64,000 nt of DNA from an uncultured delta proteobacterium (GCA_903920005.1 CAIXKI010000156.1:1029-65028), one strand, 5' to 3'; positions 9,726 to 19,065 are shown, counted from the stretch's first letter. Notes: generated from the sequence alone by a model not told the origin. Numbers and translations: made by a program.

Positions 9726-10160
9726 ATGACTGCTCAATTGAAAACAGCTGATGGTGCTTCGGAATCCGACGTGATCTCCGTGCGGGACGGAGTGCGGTTT
9801 CTGGGGATCTTGGTGGTTGCTTTTTTGATCGTCTTTAAGATCTTGTTAAGCTTTGAGAGGGTCGACCTTCCGCGGGTCGAAGTGGATGATCCTTCCGCCC
9901 CTCTGGTGCTCAATGAGTCCACTCGAATGCAGACGAACGACCGTCACAATCCTTTCTTCAATCAGGTTGACTCGTCGTTCGCGCTCAAGATGTGCGATTC
10001 GTCGATCAACGATCTTAATGCCAAGAAAGCTGAATTGGAGACGAGAATGCGGAATCTTCCTGAGGGAGATTTGGAAGAATTGGAGTATGAGTTCCAGATC
10101 GGGTTTGTCAACGTTGAGCTTAGGAAACGATACGACGCCCTGCTTTCTCAGTATGACTAA
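9726..10160 (+). CDS. hypothetical membrane-anchored protein
   Basis: 144-aa ORF with AGGAGA 8 nt upstream of the ATG. It has one hydrophobic helix (FLGILVVAFLIVFKILL) and a charged, helical C-terminus. I recognise no family. Confidence 0.5.
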   Translation: MTAQLKTADGASESDVISVRDGVRFLGILVVAFLIVFKILLSFERVDLPRVEVDDPSAPLVLNESTRMQTNDRHNPFFNQVDSSFALKMCDSSINDLNAKKAELETRMRNLPEGDLEELEYEFQIGFVNVELRKRYDALLSQYD

Positions 10161-10485
10161 GCTAGGGCAAGCGGCGTTTTATGAAGGATTTTGATCTGCG
10201 TAGAACTGCCGCCCTTTTGTCACCAAGTTCGCGTAGCCGCTCTTTGGCTCAGTAGGTAAAAGGGGACGCTACCTTTTTACTCCGGAAGTAACCCGGCTAA
10301 ACAGGACCGGCTTACTGGTATACTCGAACTTCCGACCATATCGACTGGCCTCCCAAATCGTGCCGCTGACGGTTCTGGATAACTCTCCAAGAACCTTAAA
10401 TGCTGGAGCATTTTGTCATTCAACCTGGGCGACAGCTCTCATCCTGAGAGTTGTCCTGTGCCAGCGGCCAGCAATCCGAAAAAGA

Positions 10486-10515
10486 GGGAAAGTCATGACT
10501 GACAGGAATTTCCCC
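10486..10515. repeat. degenerate second copy of the 8186..8221 palindrome
   Basis: In GGGAAAGTCATGACTGACAGGAATTTCCCC the right arm TGACTGACAGGAATTTCC matches TGACTGACAGACATTTCC at 16 of 18 positions. The left arm lacks about 9 nt. Confidence 0.6.
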
Positions 10516-10678
10516 GATTTGAAAAGAGTGGCCCGGCTATGGCCGAAAGAAACCGGGCTTTGAAGGGAGTTAGTTTGACTAGCCCGCTGCAGACCGATAC
10601 CATTTTTCCAGGCCTGAACCCATCAGAGGACCGCACTCACAGTGAGTCGGACCAAGGTTATTTTAAGAGGTTTCGGCC

Positions 10679-11158
10679 ATGTTTAGTGTTGATTGCTTCA
10701 AGATTCCGGTTTTTCGCTACAACGACTACCAGTTTTTCTTTCGGGGCAAGAACCGAAAGAAATTCAAGACAGCGGTAGCTCCCAACCCCACCTTGGCGTT
10801 GGGGCTGCTGCTGGTGATGAACCGGGAGGAGATCTCGGAGCCGGGGTCGGAGCTTCGAAAGCTGCTCGATGCGGCGGCGGAGCTGGATATCCCGGGTCTC
10901 AACGCGATCGCGGACGGGATCTGGTCCCGCAGGGAATGGGCTAAGAAGCTCCTTCCCGAGTCGTCCTGGAGCTTCCCTGAGGAGTTCATGGTAAAGCTTG
11001 CTCCCTCGGAGGACAGCTTTATCATGAACAACTCCCTCGACACTCTAATCGCCGAAAGCGACCGGAGGAAAGACGAGGGGCGGAAGATGAAGGATAAAGA
11101 CGATCGAAAAAGTCGCAAGGCCTTGGCGCATTGGAAAAGGCTCGGTTTCCAGGTCTAG
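10679..11158 (+). CDS. hypothetical protein (weak call; an alternative start is the ATG at 10817)
   Basis: 159-aa ORF in a coding-poor stretch, with a lysine/aspartate-rich C-terminus. It has no recognisable domain and no convincing RBS. Confidence 0.3.
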   Translation: MFSVDCFKIPVFRYNDYQFFFRGKNRKKFKTAVAPNPTLALGLLLVMNREEISEPGSELRKLLDAAAELDIPGLNAIADGIWSRREWAKKLLPESSWSFPEEFMVKLAPSEDSFIMNNSLDTLIAESDRRKDEGRKMKDKDDRKSRKALAHWKRLGFQV

Positions 11159-11721
11159 CTCTGAGCGAGGCATCCCCTTCTCAGTCGTTGACCTGAATTT
11201 TTAGGGCGTGATCACTTCACAACGCACTCAATCGAGCGCGGCCCTCTGATGGGTATAGTTAATCACTGGTCGTTGACCTTAGCCCCACTATCTCTCTGCG
11301 ATTGCCCGGCGAGGCGTCACGCCACACCCTTTCCTTCCAGGGGGGCTACTTCCCGTAAATTCCCGAGCGCGGCTTCCCGCTTTGTCATCGATGCGGGTGG
11401 TAACGCATAGGTGGCGGAGCCTGAAAGTCAGGGATGCCTTGAGCCTTCATGATGTCCTTGATTGAGTGCGCGTCTTGGATGAAGGCGATGAGTGTTAGTG
11501 GAACCACCAGATGTTGGAAGGGGGCGGTAACGAGAAACTCATAAAAGATCTTCTTCAATGAGGGGAATCCGACATCTTCGAGCGATGACCTCTAGCCCCT
11601 GCCAGGCTGCTACCGAAATAGTCCACGGCGTCAGAAGGAATTAACGGATAGAGATTGCGCCGGTATTCAGAAATAGCCACTATTCGCTCAGTACTTTAGA
11701 AACACCGGGAGATAGCATCCC

Positions 11722-12633
11722 ATGACTGATGCTCCAGCCTCTTCTCTATCTGACACACTACAGGCGTTGTTCCATAAGGAGCTCATCCCCACTATCGCCC
11801 ATGCCGGTTACGAGACTCTGAAGAAGCGATATCTTGAAAATGGGCACAAAGATCGCCTTATTGAATCGTACAGTCGAATCATTCCGAGTCTCGCGAAGAC
11901 CGACTCGGTTTTACTCATGGGAGCGTCCCCTCTTGAAGGGTTTATCCTCCGCCGCACGGTCCCAGACATATCCCTCAAGATGATAGGCTCGCCGGAAAGC
12001 CTGCTGTACAGATCTCGAGACGAGTATGAGTTCTTTCGGCAGCATGATGTTCAGAGAGAAGGGGAGCTTTACTTGGTCGAAAGACATAACATTGAGACCT
12101 CGCTCCCCCTTCCTGACGCGTCCTTCGATACGATCGTTTGTCTTGAGGTGCTCGAGCATCTACGGAGGGATCCGCTCTTCACCCTGTGCGAGATGAGAAG
12201 GCTCCTCAACACTGGAGGTACCCTCTTCCTCAGTACGCCCAACATCAACTCCGCCCGATCCGTTCGCCGAGCGCTTCAGTGGGAAAACCCCATGTTCTTT
12301 CCCTCCTTCGGGCCACCACCGATGGGCATTCTTCATGCGCACGAGTATTCTGTGCGCGAAGTCCTTCTACTCCTTGATAGAGCTGGCTTTACGCCGCGAG
12401 AGCTATCTTCGTTTAATCACGTAACGCTAGATTCATTTGACCACGATGCGCGCTATAGATGCGGAGGATCCGTGCCGTTCCCAATCGTCGAGGAGGTAGA
12501 CGGCTCTTCGGAAGCGCTTTTTGAGAAGCTTAAGGATCACCCGCTCAGAGGAGACTACCTCTTCATACAAGCTGTTGGTGAGCATAGGTATAATCCTGAG
12601 CCGATCGATCCGATATACTGCTCACTTGAGTAA
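11722..12633 (+). CDS. class I SAM-dependent methyltransferase
   Basis: FDTIVCLEVLEHLRRDPLFTLCEMRRLLNTGGTLFLSTPN is a typical Methyltransf_11/23 post-I/II block. Confidence 0.8.
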   Translation: MTDAPASSLSDTLQALFHKELIPTIAHAGYETLKKRYLENGHKDRLIESYSRIIPSLAKTDSVLLMGASPLEGFILRRTVPDISLKMIGSPESLLYRSRDEYEFFRQHDVQREGELYLVERHNIETSLPLPDASFDTIVCLEVLEHLRRDPLFTLCEMRRLLNTGGTLFLSTPNINSARSVRRALQWENPMFFPSFGPPPMGILHAHEYSVREVLLLLDRAGFTPRELSSFNHVTLDSFDHDARYRCGGSVPFPIVEEVDGSSEALFEKLKDHPLRGDYLFIQAVGEHRYNPEPIDPIYCSLE

Positions 12634-12795
12634 TCGTCGCCTCATAAAAGGTTCTACGTATCTAGGACGGCGAACCAGCAAGTGCCCGTTGCAACCACAC
12701 TATGTCGATAGGAAATGAGCTTTCAGAGGGAGCGCTAGCTATATGGTGCGCTGGCGTTGGCACATGATACTGTTTGACAGTCATCAAGGCTCGAT

Positions 12796-13824
12796 ATGGA
12801 CCTATCCGTTATAATCATCACACGCAATGAAGCACCTCGGCTGCGGTTCTGTCTCGCCTCAGTGCAGGCAGCATGCGCTCGCGCCAAGAGTGAGATAGCT
12901 GCGGAGCTTGAAGTGATTGTGGTTGATGACGCCTCAATCGATGAAACTGCCCGACTGTGTGCGTCTTTAAGTTCTGCGATAACCATCCGTCACGAGCGGA
13001 ACGCGCGCTGCGAGGGACGAAGTGCTTCGCGAAATCGAGGGGCTAGAGAGGCCCGCGGGCGAACGATCCTGTTTCTTGACGGCGACACGGTCATAAGTCC
13101 TTCCTCAATCGTATCTCATCTCCAGTTTCACGGCGGTACTGAAGGCATCGCGCGGGGAGAGGTTTTTAACCTGCGGCAGGCCCGTTTTCTCCGTGACCCC
13201 GAGACGGGTGAGGCCTTCGAAGCATTCTCTACTCATAACGCTCGATCTGACGAGTTGCTCAAGCTCCAGTGGGTGACGGATGCCTTCCACGAGATAGAAC
13301 GGAGAGCTGAACCCGGAATATATCCAGGAGCCGTTTCGAGACGGCTTGCGGAGCTTGAATTACAGGCTTTGAGGGCTCCTGATCGCACGCACTCGTTATG
13401 GATGACCGCTAGTGCCCACAATATCTCCATTCCGAAAGAGGTGTTTCACGATGTAGGCGGTTTTACCGAGAGCCTCACCATGAATGAGCATCGAGAGCTA
13501 GCGCTAAAGGCGGATATAAAGCGCGGCTATTTGGTACACCTCCTCGATAACTCTAAAAGTTATCATCTGTGCCATTCCCATTCGTGGCGGGACCCTCTGG
13601 AGAACCTCTCCTTGTGGGAGCCTCTCTTTCGGGAATCCTATCCACGCAATGATGTCAGGCTCCTTCCCTTTTTCTGGTTAAGTGTCGCAGAGTCGAAGGA
13701 GCTTCCGAGGGACCTCTTCATTCCAACGCTATCCGATTTGCTCGAGCGGGCCCAGGGCGACATTACTCCATATGAGGAATATAGAGCCGTTTCCCCACTC
13801 TTTTCATCACAATCACATGCATAA
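12796..13824 (+). CDS. family 2 glycosyltransferase
   Basis: LSVIIITRNEAPRL..VIVVDDASIDET..RNRGAREARGRTILFLDGDT matches the GT-A / DxD pattern of GT2 enzymes. Confidence 0.85.
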   Translation: MDLSVIIITRNEAPRLRFCLASVQAACARAKSEIAAELEVIVVDDASIDETARLCASLSSAITIRHERNARCEGRSASRNRGAREARGRTILFLDGDTVISPSSIVSHLQFHGGTEGIARGEVFNLRQARFLRDPETGEAFEAFSTHNARSDELLKLQWVTDAFHEIERRAEPGIYPGAVSRRLAELELQALRAPDRTHSLWMTASAHNISIPKEVFHDVGGFTESLTMNEHRELALKADIKRGYLVHLLDNSKSYHLCHSHSWRDPLENLSLWEPLFRESYPRNDVRLLPFFWLSVAESKELPRDLFIPTLSDLLERAQGDITPYEEYRAVSPLFSSQSHA

Positions 13825-14968
13825 AGACGCCTCCCTAGTTGCCCCTGAAGGCCGCTTCCTGAACAGCTCCTATGAGGCTCTGGTTGACGACTGTGTGTAT
13901 ATGGGATGGCCAGATCAACCCGATCAGGGACGTAGAGTCGTCTCAGAGGTCCTCGCCGAGATAGGGATTACTCGCCACAATGCAGAGCGTCTCGATCTCT
14001 ACGCGACTTTAAATCGCATCAGGTGCCACAGCTGGACGGGTAATTCCGAGATTTGGAACAGATACGTAGCTATTCGTCGGGCTGAGGTTGTGTCTCACCA
14101 CAGCCCACGGCAAGTCCAAGTCTCTCTGACTCGAACGATACCAATTACTCCCCACTCTGAGGTGCAGAGACTGCGCCTGCCATTGCCTCTCGTTCACGCC
14201 GCTCATCCGAATCCTACGTGGAGAATCGAATCCGTTAGCGGAGAGATTCTTGAGAAGCGCGAATCCTCAGGGGCGCTCGATCTCTCAATTCATCCCAACA
14301 CTGAGGTCGTACAGGCGAAGATAGTGTATGAGGCTCACGTCACGCCTCAGAAAGAGCCGATTATCGAGGAGCTTCCCACTCCGTCCGATCTTCAGCGCGT
14401 AGCGCTGTTCCAATCTCCGCTCGCTTTACATCCCACAAAGATTGCCGATCTTGGTACCCGGTCTCCCATGGAGAGGGTACGCGCGTTGTGGGATATTTTT
14501 CACGATCAGCTAGCTTCGGGACACATCTATCATCATGAGCATCTACGGACTGCGACACCCGTAAGCGAGGAAGGCCTACGGTGGTTCGATTGTGTTGTGG
14601 GCACGTGGCTTTTTGCTGAGGCGGCGCAATCTCTTGGTATTCCGGCTCGGGTATTTTCCGGGCTGATACTTCAATCGTATGGGCCTTCGCAACACTATTG
14701 GTGTGAACTCTTCGTGGATGGTGGATGGCGGCCATTCGATCTGTATGCATGGGATCTTACGAACTCGCGGGATGAGTGGAGAGATTTATTTTTTGGGTCT
14801 CTCGAGAGTCGCCTCCGCTTTGAACGCCTTCCTGCGATTCACTCCCGTTTTCTCCCCAATCGCCCATGGTTTATCGAGCGCAGCATGTCGGATGAGGGCG
14901 CTGTGTTCACGTATCGCGGCATTGACTCGGCAGAACTTCTAGGAAAGGATGTATGGAGTATGGCGTAA
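13817..14968 (+). CDS. transglutaminase-like (Cys-His-Asp core) protein
   Basis: FDCVVGTWLFAEAAQSLGIPARVF...HYWCELFVDGGWRPFD matches the transglutaminase core C/H/D spacing. The start ATG at 13817 overlaps the GT2 stop (ATGCATAA). The track's N-terminal extension (13682..13816) runs inside the GT2 gene and was trimmed. Confidence 0.7.
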   Translation: MHKDASLVAPEGRFLNSSYEALVDDCVYMGWPDQPDQGRRVVSEVLAEIGITRHNAERLDLYATLNRIRCHSWTGNSEIWNRYVAIRRAEVVSHHSPRQVQVSLTRTIPITPHSEVQRLRLPLPLVHAAHPNPTWRIESVSGEILEKRESSGALDLSIHPNTEVVQAKIVYEAHVTPQKEPIIEELPTPSDLQRVALFQSPLALHPTKIADLGTRSPMERVRALWDIFHDQLASGHIYHHEHLRTATPVSEEGLRWFDCVVGTWLFAEAAQSLGIPARVFSGLILQSYGPSQHYWCELFVDGGWRPFDLYAWDLTNSRDEWRDLFFGSLESRLRFERLPAIHSRFLPNRPWFIERSMSDEGAVFTYRGIDSAELLGKDVWSMA

Positions 14969-15020
14969 CATATCGCTTCGCAAGCATCGCGCGACTGCCT
15001 GTCCTACGTATCACGCCCCT

Positions 15021-15527
15021 ATGACATCAACAGAAGTGAACATATATCTATGCAACGTACCGAGTGGTACGCGCATAGCTCAACATCTGGGTTCAAGGTG
15101 TTGTGTGCTCCGTTATGACTGGCCCCCGAGTGTGAGCGAGGTCGCTCCGGGTTCTTTAGTTATTGTGCGTCCAGAGCCGCATCATGTGACCGAACCCGGC
15201 GGTGAGCACCTCTTTTCGACGTTGGTGGAAGGGTGTGTACATTCTGGCTCGTTTCTCGCACTGTGCACCACGCCGCGACTCACAAGAGAGCAGGGTTTGG
15301 CCCGCTCCCTTGCTCGTTGCAACGCATCTTGCATGGAAAGGGCGGCGAGATGGAACCTAGGGCTGATAGATCTAGACCTTATTCTCGCGCACGGAGGGAC
15401 TGAATATCTCGACGAATCCTCTCTTGAGTTGTCTGACGCCGGGATTCGTGCGGTGGCAGATACTCTGGTGCTCGCGACTCAAGAGTTCTTGGGAAGAATA
15501 GCGAAAGATACCTCAACTGTGCTTTAG
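15021..15527 (+). CDS. hypothetical protein, paralogous to the C-terminal domain of the 15845..17170 product
   Basis: Its C-terminus LGLIDLDLILAHGGTEYLDESSLELSDAGIRAVADTLV aligns by eye with VLSVVDIDTLSASIGVKHIPDGAHGNGVFVRAVQELI. It lacks the DxxH histidine. The start was chosen at the ATG (M25 of the track ORF). Confidence 0.45.
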   Translation: MTSTEVNIYLCNVPSGTRIAQHLGSRCCVLRYDWPPSVSEVAPGSLVIVRPEPHHVTEPGGEHLFSTLVEGCVHSGSFLALCTTPRLTREQGLARSLARCNASCMERAARWNLGLIDLDLILAHGGTEYLDESSLELSDAGIRAVADTLVLATQEFLGRIAKDTSTVL

Positions 15528-15534
15528 AGGACCT

Positions 15535-15840
15535 ATGGTGTACCTAGTGACTCTCAAAGAGTCGATTAATACCAGTTCAGAGTTACGAGTTCTTGAGTGG
15601 CACGTCACGGAGGGAGGACTGTGTTCGCACGGACAGCTCCTGGTCGAACTAGAATCGTTTAAGGCTGTAATCGAGATCCATGCGGGGCAGGAGGCTTTTC
15701 TTAGGCGCATCCTTGTACAGGCTGGAAAGAATCAGGCTCTCGGGAAGCCGATTGCGGTGCTCTCAGATTCTCTCTCAGAGGTGATCCCTCACGACCTCGC
15801 CGCCTTGCCAGAGATGAGCGTCGACTATTCCTTCATGTAG
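15535..15840 (+). CDS. stand-alone lipoyl/biotinyl-carrier-like (single hybrid motif) domain protein
   Basis: 101 aa. LRVLEWHVTEGGLCSHGQLLVELESFKAVIEIHAGQEAFLRRILVQAGKNQALGKPIAVL follows the lipoyl-domain pattern (..W.V..GD.V..G..L.E.E.DKA..E..A...G....I.V..G......G..IA.I), with a Lys at the modification position. Confidence 0.5.
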   Translation: MVYLVTLKESINTSSELRVLEWHVTEGGLCSHGQLLVELESFKAVIEIHAGQEAFLRRILVQAGKNQALGKPIAVLSDSLSEVIPHDLAALPEMSVDYSFM

Positions 15841-15844
15841 AGAT

Positions 15845-17170
15845 TTAAAGCGCGATACTTCTCGCGATGAGCTCTTGGACTGCCCGCACAAACACCCCGT
15901 TTCCATGTGCGCCGTCAGGGATATGCTTCACCCCGATGGAGGCACTCAAAGTATCGATATCTACAACAGACAACACCCCTTCATCCTCAAGTTGATAGAG
16001 CATATCGTTGAGAACTCGAGCTCGGTGAGAGGATGCTTTGGAAATATTGTGTAACGTGCCTGGTAAAAAAAGTGGAGATCCCCGTTCGAGAGTGATCGTG
16101 TTGGTAATTAAGAGTCGGCCCCCCCGTTGAGCCAGCGCTTTAGATAGCTGTCGATAGGTTTGTGCAAGATCCTCAGGGGCCTGTTCTTTCTGGAGATAGA
16201 ACTGTTCGTCTAAGATGCGTTTAAAGTCGCTCCCACAGTCCGTGTAAATGTATTTCGGAAACGAAAGTGAAAAAGGCAGAGTCTGGTGCTGATAGGTATC
16301 AGCGGTTTCGCTATCGACGGAGAGGAGAACGCATGGGCCTCCTGTAAGGCGCTTAACCCCATCGAGTTGAAGAACGACCGGAGGCTCTTCTAAAGGACTA
16401 GGCCCACCAACCGTAGCCAAGAGGAAGGCAAGATGAGCGGCGCTTAAGGCGCGGTCCGATCCCCGCAGATCCCCAAACCAACTCTGAACTATGCTTGAAA
16501 TCTGTTCGCGCTCGCGTTCATCGCGCGAAAGCCCTTCTAGCATCGTGCGAGCGGTTGGAATGAGCAGCGTTTCGGGAAGATACGTTACGTGAAGGGGCCG
16601 AATGCTCTGAGTAAGAAGCTCGTGAAAAGAACGATAGTCTCCCATAATCGCCGGTCGTAACTGACACGTTGTCGCGATGACCAATACGGTTGAAATATCG
16701 TGAGGATTCCATGCTCGTACTCTTTCATACCACCCCGGAAGGATGCTTCCTCGAACATCTGAGGTTGGTACCATGCGTCTGCCAGAGCAGAGTATAATTC
16801 GACGATCCTCTGGAAGGAGCGGACCTCGATCTAATGCCGACACCGTCATTCGCCCGAGCGGAACAGAGTCGTTCCACCGAATGTTTGACCCTACTGCTAG
16901 CCAATCTCTCCAGCCGCCTTCCGAGATATCGCTGTTCCATGAAATTCGTCCAGCGCCAGGCGCGAGGATAACCACGTAGTGCTCGATCTGGTCGAAATAC
17001 GGCACCGATGCCGTAAAGTCACTGCGCGGATAAACCACCAAGGTGCAGAACGCGATGGGCTCGCCTCTCTCTACGCTATCACCATCTCGTCGAAGGAGCG
17101 TAAAGCTCGATCGCTCGACGGCCGTAGCGGACGATTTGAGCGGCGGAAGCGATATTTCAATTTCATTCAC
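15845..17170 (-). CDS. hypothetical multidomain protein (N-terminal lipoyl-like barrel lacking the Lys, C-terminal SGNH-hydrolase-like domain)
   Basis: 441 aa. The N-terminus reads TLLRRDGDSVERGEPIAFCTLVV. The C-terminus has LLSVDSE (GDS-like block I) and IPDGAHGNG (DxxH block V). It is convergent with 15535..15840, with a 4-nt gap between them. Confidence 0.55.
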   Translation of the reverse strand: MNEIEISLPPLKSSATAVERSSFTLLRRDGDSVERGEPIAFCTLVVYPRSDFTASVPYFDQIEHYVVILAPGAGRISWNSDISEGGWRDWLAVGSNIRWNDSVPLGRMTVSALDRGPLLPEDRRIILCSGRRMVPTSDVRGSILPGWYERVRAWNPHDISTVLVIATTCQLRPAIMGDYRSFHELLTQSIRPLHVTYLPETLLIPTARTMLEGLSRDEREREQISSIVQSWFGDLRGSDRALSAAHLAFLLATVGGPSPLEEPPVVLQLDGVKRLTGGPCVLLSVDSETADTYQHQTLPFSLSFPKYIYTDCGSDFKRILDEQFYLQKEQAPEDLAQTYRQLSKALAQRGGRLLITNTITLERGSPLFLPGTLHNISKASSHRARVLNDMLYQLEDEGVLSVVDIDTLSASIGVKHIPDGAHGNGVFVRAVQELIARSIAL

Positions 17171-17225
17171 GAGCGCTCTAGGCTCCTAATAACTTTTCAG
17201 TTCAGGGTGGTATGAACTATCAATT

Positions 17226-18767
17226 TCAAAGCTGCTTGGATTCCGGGCTCTGTCCAGTTCTCTTTACGTCCACGCAGTTCGGAAATCCATCAATGCTCGA
17301 GGAGCACACCGTTCCCGTTGGGCAACATCGTGGAGTTCCGTTTCCTAAGCATAAGGTTCCGCCCGTGTTGATGCACGAGGTTTCGTTTGCGGTGCACGTT
17401 TGAATGAGATACCCCAGGATCTCAATCGTAGTTTTACACTGCTCCGTATCGTTAGAGCAGCACATGGTTGCCTCAGAGCGCATGCCAGTGGCGGTCTTGC
17501 ACGCGGTTTGATTAGGGCCGCAGGCCGAGAAGCTACAGAAAGCGATTCCTCCTCCTTGAGCGCAGGAGGCCTCCGGAGTGGACGGGCAACAGGTTCGATC
17601 CCCTTTGCCGGATTTACACTCTTTTCCTTCAGGTTCCGTGCAAGCACCGCTTTTGGGAACGCAACGAGCGACCGGATGCCCCCACGTGGTGAATGTGATG
17701 CAGTCCTCTGTCTTAGGGTCGTAACAACATGCTGAGCCACCTCCCTTCGTCGATTGAGAGCAGCTCTTATAAGGAGCGGCGCATGTTGGGGGAGGCGCGC
17801 ACTCAGGCTTGGCTTTTGCGCTTTTCGCGAGGGGCTTCGGGGCTTGTTTCCCCGCTGTGGGGGCGGCGCATTGTATGGAACAGCTAACGCACGAGCTCCC
17901 CATGTTACTGACTCCTGGGTCGCACTCTTCTCCCGCTTGAATGATACCGTCTCCACAAACCGCTGTCGGTGGTGTGGCGGTTGGAGTTACCACAGGTGTT
18001 GTTGCTGGTGTTGCCTGAGACGCTGGTTCCCTCACAGAGGAACGCGCCGCCGAACGATTTTTGGCCGTTGTGGGCTTCTCCGCAAACTCAATACTCGCTT
18101 TCTCGAGGTCCACAAACGCTTCAGGCGGGCACCGAAGTCTTACAGAAGATAGTGACACCGAGTGATCTATCGTTATCACGATTGGACCGACAGGAAAGTC
18201 CGCACCAATTCGGCGAGAGCCTGTTTCGACCATCGTCGAGATCGGAATAGCTGTTTCAAGATCGCTAATCGCGCTTAAGAGTTGGAGCCTTCCTTCAAGA
18301 AAGCGATCTCCTTTGGAGAATGGATCGTAGAGCCGAGCCGAGATTGTGCCGGGGTCCTTGTGGTGTGTCGACGACTTCATAGTAATCAACAGAGCGTCGC
18401 ACCGAGGAACTGAGATCGACCCGTTCAGTATGTTTAAGGGGGAAAGGCCCGGTAACCCATCTCCATCCCATACAACGGTTAGGCGACCCTGAGCACCTTC
18501 CGATACCTGCGCCGCAAGGGTGTGATTCGCGATTGAGATCGTTGCGGAGCCGGTGGAGGCCTCCACGAGGGCAGTTACTGTACGGAATCCCCCAAGGGCT
18601 TCAACGGCTTTGGTGTTTTGGGTTACCACCCCAGCGGCAGAGGAGGTAACGCGTTGTTCGCTATAGAAGGAATCAACGGAGAGGTCTAAGGCTTTAACTT
18701 GTCGTGATGGCGCCAAGAGAAAACAACATGACAGAAGGAACCAAACGAATCGAAGCTCAAGTGACAT
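17226..18767 (-). CDS. secreted cysteine-rich repeat protein
   Basis: Signal peptide MSLELRFVWFLLSCCFLLAPS, with GGAG 9 nt upstream of this internal ATG. It has a Pro/Thr linker, a CGDGIIQAGEECDPG motif, and then four ~40-aa Cys-rich repeats. Confidence 0.7.
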   Translation of the reverse strand: MSLELRFVWFLLSCCFLLAPSRQVKALDLSVDSFYSEQRVTSSAAGVVTQNTKAVEALGGFRTVTALVEASTGSATISIANHTLAAQVSEGAQGRLTVVWDGDGLPGLSPLNILNGSISVPRCDALLITMKSSTHHKDPGTISARLYDPFSKGDRFLEGRLQLLSAISDLETAIPISTMVETGSRRIGADFPVGPIVITIDHSVSLSSVRLRCPPEAFVDLEKASIEFAEKPTTAKNRSAARSSVREPASQATPATTPVVTPTATPPTAVCGDGIIQAGEECDPGVSNMGSSCVSCSIQCAAPTAGKQAPKPLAKSAKAKPECAPPPTCAAPYKSCSQSTKGGGSACCYDPKTEDCITFTTWGHPVARCVPKSGACTEPEGKECKSGKGDRTCCPSTPEASCAQGGGIAFCSFSACGPNQTACKTATGMRSEATMCCSNDTEQCKTTIEILGYLIQTCTANETSCINTGGTLCLGNGTPRCCPTGTVCSSSIDGFPNCVDVKRTGQSPESKQL

Positions 18768-18925
18768 GAACCATACTCCTAGGCGCCCACTTTTTGAGCC
18801 CGAGAGCATTTTACCATGCGTCGATAGCGCTCACGACATATAAATTTCGGTCATGTTCCTGGAGGGCTGCCGGCCCGTCTCGCCGGCTAACCGCAACCCG
18901 CGACATCAATGTCATCGAAATATTT

Positions 18926-19035
18926 GTACCTGCGGCCGGCGAGGCCGCCGGCCCTCCAATTGTTCTCGCGATTATTATGCGAGTTACCATGTCTCGCGAC
19001 GATCGTCCCTGGAATACCGCCGGCCCTCACATTGA
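18926..19035. repeat. REP-like palindromic elements (same family as 55802..56096)
   Basis: GTACCTGCGGCCGGCGAGGCCGCCGGCCCTCCAATTG is the reverse complement of the unit at 55806..55843. A second partial unit contains CGACGATCGTCC...CCGCCGGCCCTCAC. Confidence 0.65.
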
Positions 19036-19065
19036 TCGACGCTCTCCTGTCCTGACCCAATATCC

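Noticed and set aside
10262-10280. Shared GGGACGCTACC hairpin-loop motif (also at 27186..27205)
   Set aside because: It is only about 11 conserved nt with 5-bp stems (AAAGG/CCTTT against AAGGG/CCCTT). That is too short to distinguish from chance without a genome-wide count.
11401-11577. Calling the 58-codon minus-strand open stretch as a transposase or IS fragment
   Set aside because: It is protein-like, but it has no start codon and I cannot match it to any transposase or other family from memory. It is reported only as a possible remnant.
13682-13816. N-terminal extensions of track ORFs (also 22152..22241, 28731..28820, 56298..56378, 53849..53887, 18768..18809, 19969..20079, 35160..35222)
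   Set aside because: The extensions overlap the preceding gene or a conserved non-coding element, or use GTG/TTG without an RBS. Internal ATGs have Shine-Dalgarno sequences and match the family N-termini.
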